The notes under the pieces: model-generated
Told to the model about the DNA's origin: nothing
Seen by the model: the letters and a program-made list of their open reading frames with translations, nothing else
Databases searched by the model: none
Shown: piece after piece, positions 9,769 through 18,933 of the stretch
Layout: each line of letters begins with the position of its first letter
Position numbering within the stretch: the stretch's first letter is position 1
Made by a program: the position numbers and the translations under genes
From: Burkholderiaceae bacterium
Lineage (GTDB): Bacteria > Pseudomonadota > Gammaproteobacteria > Burkholderiales > Burkholderiaceae_C
NCBI GenBank assembly: GCA_024235915.1
Contig: JACKLO010000025.1
Location: 3,554 to 67,553, forward strand
Length of the DNA stretch: 64,000 bases
Direction of reading: 5' to 3'

Positions 9769-11616
9769 TCAGGGGGCCAGCTGGGTGGCGCGATCCAGGG
9801 GCAGCGTGAGGCGTATCACGGTTCCATAGCCGGGGCCGGATTCCACCAGGCACTGGCCCTGCATCTGCTTGGCGCGCTGCTTCATCGTCATCATGCCGTG
9901 GCCGCGGTCCAGGCGGCCGTCCAGTTCCATCGGGATGCCGTGGCCGTTGTCCTGGATCACCAGCTGCAGGTCGCCGTCGGCGATGTCGCAGGTGAAGCTG
10001 CAGCGCGTGGCGCCGCTGTGCTTGATGATGTTGCTGGTGGATTCACGCAGGATGCGCGTGGTCTGCACGTAGGCGCGGGCCGACAGCGTCTGCGGCAGGT
10101 CGTCGGGGGATTCCCATTCGGCCTCGATGCCCGACTGCGACAGGCGCGACATCAGCTCGGCACGCCAGTCGCCCAGCGCGTTGGCCAGTGGCACCGGCTT
10201 GCCGGTGAGGCCGCGCACCGACAAACGCATTTCTTCAAGCGCCTCGCGTGCCAGCGTGGAAATGCGCGGGTCCTCGCTGGTGTGCACGATGGTCAGCAGC
10301 TTGGCACCCAGGTCGTCGTGCAGGTCGGCGGCGATGCGTTTGCGTTCCTTCTCGGTGACCTGCTCCACGCGCAGTTCCGTCATCTGACGGAAATTGCGCT
10401 CGATCTCGGCGGTGGCGTCGCGGATGCGTGCCTCCAGGTTCACGCGGGTGGCCTCGGACGCCTGCAGCGCGCGGCCGTGCTGGCGCACCAGGCGCAGCGC
10501 CACCAGCAGCAGCGCCAGCGGCGCCACCAGCGCCGTGGCGTGCAGCGCGGCGGCTGGCACCGGCGCGTAGCGGCCCGCCAGCTGCACCAGCAGCGCCGTG
10601 CCGGCCGCCCCCAGCGCAAAGGCGGCCAGGGCTGGCCAACGGCCCTGCAGGCGGCGCCGCAGATGCAGGTGGAACGCAGCGGCGGCCGCGATCTCCAGTG
10701 CAAACAGCGTCAACCACAGCGCCGTGAGCATGTGCAGCCGAGCCGGTCCGGCGGCCACCAGCGTCATCGGCATCAGCACGCTCTGCAGCGCCAGTGCGCG
10801 GCTGACGCTGCGGCTGCGCCAGCGCGCCTCGCGCAACAGGAACTGCACCGCGGCCAGCGTCACCAGCGCCAGCATCACGCCGTGCAGGAACTCGAGCACC
10901 GCAACACCGGCGCCCAGCGCCGGCCACCAGCGTGGCACTTCCACCAACGCCCAGCCGATACACAGTGCGCCGAAGTAGGCCAGGTGGCTCTGCTCCCGGT
11001 GCCGCCAACCGAGCAGGAAGACGAAGCCGCCCGTGAGCAGCAGCGACACCGCCAGCGCCTGCGGCAACTGCACCTGCAGCACCGTGGCGCGGGCCGCCAG
11101 CGGCGCCAGCTCGGACTGCGGGCCCACGCGCAGTGGCGACAGCCCGCCCGCCTGTGCCCGCGACGCCACATGCGACAGCGGCGCGCCCTCGACCCGCAGG
11201 TCCAGCACCTGGGGCGCGCTGCCATCGGTCAACGGGAGCGGCAGCAGCAGCGGCCCGGGGCAGGCACTGGCCGTGCCGGTGCGCCAGAACAGCCGCCCGT
11301 CCACGAACACCTGCAGCCGCGTGCAGGCACGTTCCACGTACAGCGCTTGCGGTTGGCTGGCGTCCAGCGGCGCCAGTGGCACGCGATACCAGTGGACCTG
11401 GCTGTCGGCGCCCTGGGCCCAGAGGTCGGGCAGCGGTCGCTCGGCGCCGGGCGCGGCGGGCGGCGTGGAAGCCGAGGCCGCCGTCACCTGCGCGCGGTCG
11501 AGCACCTGCACCGTGGCCATGGCCGGCGCGGCAGCCAAGCCCAGCCAGATCAGCAGGCAGGTCAGGCCACGTCGGCAAGGCGCAGCCAGGGACAACATGA
11601 TCGACAGCCCATTCAT
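9769..11616 (-). CDS. Membrane sensor histidine kinase (periplasmic domain, multi-TM, HisKA_3, HATPase)
   Basis: ERKRIAADLHDDLG, ESTSNIIKHS, IQDNGHG, GHGM; start codon uncertain. Confidence 0.88.
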   Translation of the reverse strand: MNGLSIMLSLAAPCRRGLTCLLIWLGLAAAPAMATVQVLDRAQVTAASASTPPAAPGAERPLPDLWAQGADSQVHWYRVPLAPLDASQPQALYVERACTRLQVFVDGRLFWRTGTASACPGPLLLPLPLTDGSAPQVLDLRVEGAPLSHVASRAQAGGLSPLRVGPQSELAPLAARATVLQVQLPQALAVSLLLTGGFVFLLGWRHREQSHLAYFGALCIGWALVEVPRWWPALGAGVAVLEFLHGVMLALVTLAAVQFLLREARWRSRSVSRALALQSVLMPMTLVAAGPARLHMLTALWLTLFALEIAAAAAFHLHLRRRLQGRWPALAAFALGAAGTALLVQLAGRYAPVPAAALHATALVAPLALLLVALRLVRQHGRALQASEATRVNLEARIRDATAEIERNFRQMTELRVEQVTEKERKRIAADLHDDLGAKLLTIVHTSEDPRISTLAREALEEMRLSVRGLTGKPVPLANALGDWRAELMSRLSQSGIEAEWESPDDLPQTLSARAYVQTTRILRESTSNIIKHSGATRCSFTCDIADGDLQLVIQDNGHGIPMELDGRLDRGHGMMTMKQRAKQMQGQCLVESGPGYGTVIRLTLPLDRATQLAP

Positions 11617-11723
11617 CGCGCGGGCATCGTAATCGTGCGGCGCACGGCCGCTGCGGTGGACAATGCGCAGCCTGACACGCCATCGCCGACCCGTCAGCGG
11701 GCGGTGCCACCCCGGGCCCCAAC

Positions 11724-12743
11724 TTGATCCTGCGCCACCGCTTCGAACCCGCCGACAACCGTCGCCTGGCCCGCCTGTGCGGCCCGCTGGATGCGCACCT
11801 GCGCCAGATCGAGCAGGCGCTGGGCGTGCGCATCGAGCGCCGCGACGCCGAGGTGGCCGTGCACGGCAGCCGCACTGCCGTGCATGTGGCGCGCAACCTG
11901 CTGATCGAACTGCACGACAGCTCGGCGCGGACGCTGGACGAGCGTGCCGTGCGCCTGGCGCTGGTGGAAGCCGGCGCCACCGCGCCCGCGCCAGCAGCCA
12001 AGCGTGCAACCAAGGCGGCGATCAAAGCGGCGGTTGCCGTGCCCGACGACACCCCCATCCACCTGCACACGCGCCACGCCGACCTGGCCGGCCGTACGCC
12101 CAACCAGGTGGCCTACCTGCGGCAGATCCTGGCGCGCGACATCTGCTTTGGCATCGGCCCGGCCGGCACCGGCAAGACCTTCCTGGCAGTGGCTTGCGCC
12201 GTGGACGCGCTGGAGCGCGGCACGGTGCAGCGCATCGTGCTCACGCGCCCGGCGGTGGAAGCCGGCGAGAAGCTGGGCTTCCTGCCCGGCGACCTGGCGC
12301 AGAAGGTGGACCCCTACCTGCGCCCGCTGTACGACGCGCTGTACGACCTGATGGGCTTCGAGCGCGTCGGCCGCGCCTTCGAGAAGAACCAGCTCGAGAT
12401 CGCGCCGCTGGCCTTCATGCGCGGGCGCACGCTGAACCACGCCTTCGTCATCCTGGACGAGGCGCAGAACAGCACGCGCGAGCAGATGAAGATGTTCCTC
12501 ACCCGCATCGGCTTCGGCAGCAAGTGCGTGATCACCGGCGACGTGAGTCAGATCGACCTGCCCAAGGGCCAGTCCAGCGGACTGGTGGACGCGGCCCAGG
12601 TGCTGCAGGATGTGGAGGGCGTGGGCTTCACGCACTTCGGCGCCGACGACGTGGTACGTCATCCACTGGTGGCACGCATCGTGCGCGCCTACGACAAGGC
12701 GGCCGAACGCGAACAGCGGCGCCACACCGCGCGGGACGATTGA
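11724..12743 (+). CDS. phoH: PhoH-family ATPase (YbeZ-like)
   Basis: [46 protein letters not shown]. Confidence 0.95.
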   Translation: MILRHRFEPADNRRLARLCGPLDAHLRQIEQALGVRIERRDAEVAVHGSRTAVHVARNLLIELHDSSARTLDERAVRLALVEAGATAPAPAAKRATKAAIKAAVAVPDDTPIHLHTRHADLAGRTPNQVAYLRQILARDICFGIGPAGTGKTFLAVACAVDALERGTVQRIVLTRPAVEAGEKLGFLPGDLAQKVDPYLRPLYDALYDLMGFERVGRAFEKNQLEIAPLAFMRGRTLNHAFVILDEAQNSTREQMKMFLTRIGFGSKCVITGDVSQIDLPKGQSSGLVDAAQVLQDVEGVGFTHFGADDVVRHPLVARIVRAYDKAAEREQRRHTARDD

Positions 12744-13183
12744 TGGCACGGCCTGAACTCACGCTGTCGCTGCAGTTTGCCGACAAGCGGCACCGCGCGT
12801 TGCTGCCGCGGCACTTCGTGGCCCGCTGCCTGCGCGCGGCGCTGGAGTCCCCCGCGCAGCTGTCGGTACGCATCGTGGATGCCGACGAGGGCCGCGCGCT
12901 GAACCGCGACTTCCGCGGCAAGGACTACGCCACCAACGTGCTCACCTTCGACTACGAACGCGAACCGGTCGTGGTGGCCGACCTGGTGCTGTGCGCACCG
13001 GTGCTTCAAGCCGAGGCCGACGCCGCCGGACGGCCGGTGAAGGACCACTACGCCCACCTGCTGGTGCACGGCGCCTTGCATGCGCAAGGCTGGGACCACC
13101 AGCGCGCCGCCGAAGCCCGTCGCATGGAAGCGCGCGAGACGGCGCTGCTGGCCGCACTGGGCCTGCCGGATCCCTACGCCTGA
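12743..13183 (+). CDS. ybeY: rRNA maturation endoribonuclease YbeY
   Basis: [32 protein letters not shown]. Confidence 0.95.
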   Translation: MARPELTLSLQFADKRHRALLPRHFVARCLRAALESPAQLSVRIVDADEGRALNRDFRGKDYATNVLTFDYEREPVVVADLVLCAPVLQAEADAAGRPVKDHYAHLLVHGALHAQGWDHQRAAEARRMEARETALLAALGLPDPYA

Positions 13184-13220
13184 GGCACAACGCCTCGGGT
13201 GAGTGCCCAGGGCCGCAGCC

Positions 13221-14765
13221 TCACTGCACCCGCTTGTAGTTTGTGTAGCCGCCCTGCGGGCGCGTGTCGATGCCCAGCACCGCCACGCCCTTGGGCGGCA
13301 GGCGCAGGTGCAGCAGGGAGGCGCGCAGCGACGGCGGCGCCGCGGCGTCCAGCGTGCCCAGCAGGTCCACCAGCGGCGTGGCGTCCATCATCTTGGAATC
13401 CGTCACCACCAGCGCCTCCTCCACCGTCTGGTCGGTCGGGTTGACGACCACGAACACGGTGTCGCCCGCGCGGTCAGTGTGGCGCTCGAAGGCGAACAGG
13501 CGTTGGCTCAACACCGGCGCCCAGTCGCCCACACGCAGCGCACGATGCGAACGTCGAAGCGCGCCCAGGCGGCGGATCAGGTCCAGCGTCGGGTGGCCGA
13601 CATCAACCACGTCCCAGGGCATGGGCGCGCGCATCTCCGGGTCGTCGCCGCCGGCCAGGTCCACCTCGCTGCCGTAGTAGAGGTTGGGGCTGCCCGGCAG
13701 GGTGAACTGCAGCACCGTGGCCAGCTTCCGTGCCGCGGCGTCGGGCAGCGCCGTGGCCAGGCGCGCGGTGTCGTGGTTGTCCAGGTAGATCCAGCTGCGC
13801 ATCAGGTTCTCGATGCCGCAGTCGGCCAACATGCGCTCGAAGATGCGGCCGAAGCCCGCCGCATCCAGCTGCCCGCTGGCCAGGCGGATGATCAGCTGGC
13901 GCAGCGCAAAGTGCATCACACCGTCCACCGACGGGTACCACTGCGCCGGCCAGTTGGGGATCTCGCCCACCACCAGCGAACCCGGCTTCTGTGCGTGCGC
14001 GTTGCGCGTGAGTTCGTCCAGGTAGGCAAAGCCGATGTCGAAAGCGACGTCCAGCCGCCAGCCGTCGGCGCCGTCGCGCAGCCAGCCGCGCACCACGGAA
14101 TCGGCGTCGCCCCAGAGGTCGGCACGCACCGCCGGGTTCTCCAGGTTCAGCTCGGGCAGGTTCTCGGCCCGCCACCAGGCCCGCGCACCGCCAGGCAGGG
14201 TGTCGTCGAAACAGAACCAGTCGCGGTACGGGCTGGCCGAGTCGGCCTCGGCGGCGCGAAACTTCGGGCTGTTGCGGCCCATGTGGTTGAACACACCATC
14301 CAGCACCAGCTTCATGCCCTGCGCGTGCAGCGCATCGGCCAGCGCGGTGACGTCGGCGCGCGTGCCGTACTCCGGCGACACGCCCCGGTAGTCCAGCGCG
14401 TCGTACTTGTGGTTGGTGTAGGCGTCGCAGATGGGGTTGAGGTAGAGCACATCGGCGTGCAGCGATTGCACGTGGTCCAGCCGCGTCGCCAGGCTCTGCA
14501 GGTCGCCGCCCCAGAAGTCGATTTCGTGGCTCCAGAGCTTGTGTGCGGCCAGGTACTCACCCTGGCGGGGCAGTTCGTCCCAGCCACGCAGGCGTTTGGG
14601 CGCTGGGTACAGGTGACGTTTGGCGTCCAGGTCGGCCGGAGGCGCGTAACGGTCCACCAGCACCTGGTAGACGACGGCGCCGATGCGCCAGTCGGCTTCG
14701 CGGGTTTCATAGAGGCCGGCGGTCGCACGATCGCTGGCGTTGGCGTAGGGAGCGGTCATGGTCAT
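13221..14765 (-). CDS. Cytoplasmic GH13 alpha-amylase family (neopullulanase/cyclomaltodextrinase-like)
   Basis: YQVLVDRY, GGDL, DGVFNH, DGWRLDVA, GEI, LDNHD catalytic motifs; no signal peptide. Confidence 0.9.
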   Translation of the reverse strand: MTMTAPYANASDRATAGLYETREADWRIGAVVYQVLVDRYAPPADLDAKRHLYPAPKRLRGWDELPRQGEYLAAHKLWSHEIDFWGGDLQSLATRLDHVQSLHADVLYLNPICDAYTNHKYDALDYRGVSPEYGTRADVTALADALHAQGMKLVLDGVFNHMGRNSPKFRAAEADSASPYRDWFCFDDTLPGGARAWWRAENLPELNLENPAVRADLWGDADSVVRGWLRDGADGWRLDVAFDIGFAYLDELTRNAHAQKPGSLVVGEIPNWPAQWYPSVDGVMHFALRQLIIRLASGQLDAAGFGRIFERMLADCGIENLMRSWIYLDNHDTARLATALPDAAARKLATVLQFTLPGSPNLYYGSEVDLAGGDDPEMRAPMPWDVVDVGHPTLDLIRRLGALRRSHRALRVGDWAPVLSQRLFAFERHTDRAGDTVFVVVNPTDQTVEEALVVTDSKMMDATPLVDLLGTLDAAAPPSLRASLLHLRLPPKGVAVLGIDTRPQGGYTNYKRVQ

Positions 14766-15652
14766 CCTTTGACACCGCCAGCCGCGAGGCCAGCGATCAT
14801 CCACCGCTGGGCGAGCAGGAAGACCGCGGTGATCGGCAGGCCCGACAGCAGCGCGGCCGCGGCGAAGTCGCCCCAGCGGAAGTTGTGCTCGTGCACAAAG
14901 AGCTTGGCGCCCACGGCCAGCGTGAGCTGGTCCTGCTGCGTGAGCAGCACGCTGGCGACGGGGTATTCGATGATGGCGCCGATGAAGGCGAGCAGGAACA
15001 CCACCATGAGGATCGGCACCGCCATCGGCAGCAGCACGCGCCAGAAGGCCTGCCAGGCGCTGGCGCCGTCCACACGCGCCGCTTCCTCGATCTCGGCCGG
15101 CAGGGTGTCGTAGTAGCCCTTGATGGTCCACACGTGCATGGCGATGCCGCCGCTGTAGGCCAGCACCAGCGCCGCGTGCGTGTTCAGGCCGATGGCCGGG
15201 AAGGCGCTGCCCAGGCGGTCGAAGATGGCATAGATGGCCACCAGTGCCAGCACGGCCGGGAACATCTGCATCAGCATCAGGCCCTGCAGCACCTGTTTGC
15301 GGCCACGAAAGCGCAGCCGCGCCAGCGCATAGGCCGCCGTGGTGGACAGCAGCAGCGCCACAACCGCCGAGCCGAAGGCCACCTTGATGCTGTTCCACAG
15401 CCACAGCAGCACCGGCAGGTCAGGCGCGATCAAGCGGCCGTCCGGCCCCGGCACCGGCAGGCCCAGCACGTATCGCCAGTGCTCCAGGCTGATGCTGTCA
15501 GGGATCAGCGAACCGCTGGCGAAGTTGCCGGGACGCAGCGAGACCGACAGCACGATGAGGAAAGGAAACACCACCGCGGCACACAGCAGCAGCAGGAACA
15601 CATGCGCCGCCAGCAGGCGCCAGCGTTGGGATCGGGCTTGGACGATGGGCAT
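14762..15652 (-). CDS. malG: Maltose/maltodextrin ABC permease MalG
   Basis: SLRPGNFASGSLIP, QMFPAVLALVAIY, IKGYYDT, EEAARVDGAS (EAA loop), C-terminal GGVKG. Confidence 0.92.
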   Translation of the reverse strand: MPIVQARSQRWRLLAAHVFLLLLCAAVVFPFLIVLSVSLRPGNFASGSLIPDSISLEHWRYVLGLPVPGPDGRLIAPDLPVLLWLWNSIKVAFGSAVVALLLSTTAAYALARLRFRGRKQVLQGLMLMQMFPAVLALVAIYAIFDRLGSAFPAIGLNTHAALVLAYSGGIAMHVWTIKGYYDTLPAEIEEAARVDGASAWQAFWRVLLPMAVPILMVVFLLAFIGAIIEYPVASVLLTQQDQLTLAVGAKLFVHEHNFRWGDFAAAALLSGLPITAVFLLAQRWMIAGLAAGGVKG

Positions 15653-15681
15653 GGGCTTCGTCAGTGAATCGCCGGAGCGCC

Positions 15682-16220
15682 GAGGCGGGTCGGAATGACG
15701 GCTTGCGACCCGGAGCGGACGTTGGTTCTCTGTGCGTTTGCAGCAGGGCGAGCCACGGAGGGCGGGCCTGGCCTGGCGCTCCTGTCCCCCGGCTCGCGCT
15801 GGGCGCTCGCCTCCTCCTTTACCTCGCGCCAGGCCAGGCCCGCCCTCCGCGGCCAGGGGCAGCGGTTGTTTTCCCTCGGCCACCCGTGCGCGTCCGCAAG
15901 GCGGCGGCGGGCAGGCCTGTGGCGCGCATCGAGGACGCCGAGCATCGCAGGGCCCGAGGCCGCGCGCGCCAGCGCGCTTCGTAGACTGACTCGCGGCCGC
16001 TGTCCGACCACAGCGAACGCAGTGAGCGGAGGGAGTTTGGCCGCGGGCCTCGGGACCGAGAAGCGCAGGGGAGCCGGAGCGCAGCGCAGGCCGTCCGATC
16101 TAAGCGCCACGGGCCTGCCCGCCGTCGCCTTGCCGCCTCGGCGGTGGAGGGCGGCATCAAATGCACGCACAGCATCCAACGTCCGCTCCGGGTCATTTGC
16201 GGCCATTCGACTACCGCCTC
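15682..16220. mobile_element. Non-coding palindromic (MITE/REPIN-like) insert between malF and malG
   Basis: Perfect 19 bp terminal inverted repeat GACCCGGAGCGGACGTTGG (15707-15725 / 16176-16194) with imperfect outward extension; internal 24 bp stem (15756-15779 / 15826-15849) and 30 bp stem (15896-15925 / 16104-16133). Confidence 0.75.
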
Positions 16221-17710
16221 CCCGCCTCATCCGCCACCCGCGTGAACCGCATCTGCAGCAGCGTGATCGCCGCCACGATGAGGAAGATCACGGTCGAGAT
16301 GGCAGCGGCCAGGCCGAACTGCTGGCCGGAGTCCTGGAACGCGATGCGCCAGGTGTACGAGACCAGGATGTCGGTGGTGCCGGCCGGCAGCGTGGTGTCC
16401 AGGCGGTCGGGCCGGCCGCCCGTGAGCAGGCTCACGAGCACGAAGTTGTTGAAGTTGAAGGCGAAGGCCGCGATCAGCAGCGGGGTCAGCGGCTTGACGA
16501 TCAGCGGGGCGGTGATGCGGCTGAAGTTCACCCAGGGCCCGGCCCCTGACACGGCCGAGGCTTCATACAGGTCCGCCGGGATCGCCTTGATCAGGCCCGA
16601 GCAGAGCACCATCATGTAAGGGAAGCCGAGCCAAACGTTGACGATCAGCAGCATCGTGCGCGCCAGCGCCGGGTCGCTGAACCACGCCGGGCGGACGCCG
16701 AACAGGCCGTCGAGGATGAAGTTGATCTCGCCCAGGTTCTGGTTGAACAGACCCTTGAAGATCAGGATGCTGATGAATCCTGGCACCGCGTAGGGCAGGA
16801 ACAGCACCAGCCGGTACGCACCGCGGAACGGCAGTGCCTCCCAGTTCAGCAGCACCGCCAGCAGCAGGCCCAGCGCGCCGGCGATCAGCACCGTGCCGGC
16901 GGAGAACAGCACGGTCCAGATCAGCACGCCCAGAAAGGGTTCGCGGAAGCGTCCTTCGCTGAACACGGTGGCGTAGTGCGCCAAGCCCACACCTACACGG
17001 TAGCCGGGCTGCAGGCGGTCACCGTCGGTGCTGGTGAAGAAGCCGGTGTTGTCGTCGGGCCGGTAGGCGATGCCGGTGACGCGGTCGGTCAGCGAACCGT
17101 CGGCACCTGCGTCGTAGAGCGGCTGGACGTGGCCGAAGCTGCGCAGGCTGGCCAGCCGCAGCGGCGGGCCCTCAGGGGGCTGCAGCGTCAGCTGGCGCAG
17201 TGCCGGCAGCAGCGCCACGCGTTCGGCCATGGACAGGGTGGCTGCTGGCGGATCGCCGGGCTGCAGGGCCGCGGTCAAGGGCTGGTCGCCCAATGTCAGT
17301 GGCGCCGTGGCCAGGCCGCCATCCAGATGCACACGAACGCCACCCGACCGACGCTCCAGCGTGAAGCCGCGTTGGCTGCCGGGCTCGAGCACGGCCGACT
17401 CCTGCAGCACCTGACGCGCGCGCTCGAACTCCAGCAGGTTGCTGGAGCTGTAGTTGGTGAAGCCGATGCCCACCGTGTAGAGCATCGGGAAGATCACGAA
17501 CACCAGGGCCGCGCCAATGCCCGGCAGCAGGTAGCGCAGCGCATGCGTGCGTGGGCTGGTGTAGGCCCACACGGCCAGCCCGCTGCAGGCCAGCAGCAGC
17601 ACCGCCAGCAGCGTCTGCCCGACGGCATGCACCTGCAGCACGGCCGCGAGGATCAGCACCACCGACAACGCGGCGGTGGCTGTCGAGGTCCAGCGGCGGC
17701 CCATCGTCAT
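16211..17710 (-). CDS. malF: Maltose/maltodextrin ABC permease MalF
   Basis: FTNYSSSNLL, large periplasmic P2 loop, LPYAVPGFISILIFKGLFNQ, FAFNFNNF, GTTDILVSYT. Confidence 0.92.
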   Translation of the reverse strand: MTMGRRWTSTATAALSVVLILAAVLQVHAVGQTLLAVLLLACSGLAVWAYTSPRTHALRYLLPGIGAALVFVIFPMLYTVGIGFTNYSSSNLLEFERARQVLQESAVLEPGSQRGFTLERRSGGVRVHLDGGLATAPLTLGDQPLTAALQPGDPPAATLSMAERVALLPALRQLTLQPPEGPPLRLASLRSFGHVQPLYDAGADGSLTDRVTGIAYRPDDNTGFFTSTDGDRLQPGYRVGVGLAHYATVFSEGRFREPFLGVLIWTVLFSAGTVLIAGALGLLLAVLLNWEALPFRGAYRLVLFLPYAVPGFISILIFKGLFNQNLGEINFILDGLFGVRPAWFSDPALARTMLLIVNVWLGFPYMMVLCSGLIKAIPADLYEASAVSGAGPWVNFSRITAPLIVKPLTPLLIAAFAFNFNNFVLVSLLTGGRPDRLDTTLPAGTTDILVSYTWRIAFQDSGQQFGLAAAISTVIFLIVAAITLLQMRFTRVADEAGRR

Positions 17711-18933
17711 TCGCCCCGGATGCGGCGTGCCGCCGCGGCCAAGGCTTCGGCCGGGGCCTGCCGGCCTTCGGTGAGGTTGGTCAGCGACGTCTTCAACGCC
17801 GCCCAGAAGCGCCCCATCTCCGGCACGCTGGGCGTGGGCACACCGTCGCGCGCCGAGGCCATGATGCCGGCGATGCGCGGGTCCACCGCCTGCTGGGCAT
17901 AGAAGCTGCGGCTGGCGGCGGCCCCGATGGGTTCGGCGCGGTCAATGGCGCGCAGGCCCTCGGGCTGCAGCAGGAAATGCTCGATGAACTCCACCGCCAG
18001 TTCACGCTGACGGGTGGCGCGGTTGATCAACAGCCCCTTGATGCCAACGAAGGGCGCGGCAGGCTTGTCACCCAACGCCGGAATGCGTGCGACACCGAAG
18101 TCCATGCCCACGCGCTTGAGGTTCACCCAGGACCAGGGCCCGTTGATGACCATGGCGACGCGGCCCTGGGCCATGGCGGCCTCCATGTCGGGGTAGCCGC
18201 TGCCCGCGGGCATGCGGCCTTCGCGGATCAACCGGTCGAGCAGCTGCGCGCCCTGCAGCGCGCCGGCATTGGCCACGCCGGTGTCGCGGGCATCCCAGCC
18301 GCCATCGGCCCGCTGGCGGAAGGCATAACCACCCTGGGCCGCCAGCAGCGGCCACGTGAAGTAGCCATTGGTGTAGTCCCAGAGCACGGCACGGCGGCCG
18401 TCGCGGGCCAGGCGGTCGTCCAGGGCGATCAGCGCGTCCCAGGTGGCCGGTGGCTGCGTCAACAACGCCTTGTTGTAGATCAGCGTGATGGCCTCGATGG
18501 CGTACGGGTAGCCCCAGAGGCGCCCACGCTGCGTGAAACCACGCCAGGCCAAGGGATCGATGTCGTTGATCAGTGCCGGCGATGGATCCACCGCGTGAAT
18601 GAGGCCGGCCGCGATCCATTCGCCGATGCGGTCGTGGGCGTAGACATAGATGTCCGGGCCCTTGCCGGCGCCGGCCGCCTGCTGGAACTTGGACGGGCCT
18701 TCGTCCGGCGTCTCCACGACCACCGGCACGCCGGTGTCGGCGGTGAAGCGCTCGCCGACGGCGCGCATGGCCTTGGCACCCTCGACCGTGAACCAGCAGA
18801 CCAGCGGCGCAGGCGCGGCACGCAGTGCGCGCGGCGTGGCCAACACAGCGCCTGTTGCAGCCAGCAGCAGGTAGCGACGGCGGTGGGACTCAGGGCGCGG
18901 CGGCGGCGCAGTGCTGTGCGATGAAGTCGGCAT
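17707..18933 (-). CDS. malE: Maltose/maltodextrin-binding protein MalE (probable Tat signal)
   Basis: GKGPDIYVYAHDRIG, LIYNKAL, INGPWSW, PFVGI, PSVPEMGRFW; N-terminal RRRYLLLA. Confidence 0.9.
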   Translation of the reverse strand: MPTSSHSTAPPPRPESHRRRYLLLAATGAVLATPRALRAAPAPLVCWFTVEGAKAMRAVGERFTADTGVPVVVETPDEGPSKFQQAAGAGKGPDIYVYAHDRIGEWIAAGLIHAVDPSPALINDIDPLAWRGFTQRGRLWGYPYAIEAITLIYNKALLTQPPATWDALIALDDRLARDGRRAVLWDYTNGYFTWPLLAAQGGYAFRQRADGGWDARDTGVANAGALQGAQLLDRLIREGRMPAGSGYPDMEAAMAQGRVAMVINGPWSWVNLKRVGMDFGVARIPALGDKPAAPFVGIKGLLINRATRQRELAVEFIEHFLLQPEGLRAIDRAEPIGAAASRSFYAQQAVDPRIAGIMASARDGVPTPSVPEMGRFWAALKTSLTNLTEGRQAPAEALAAAARRIRGE

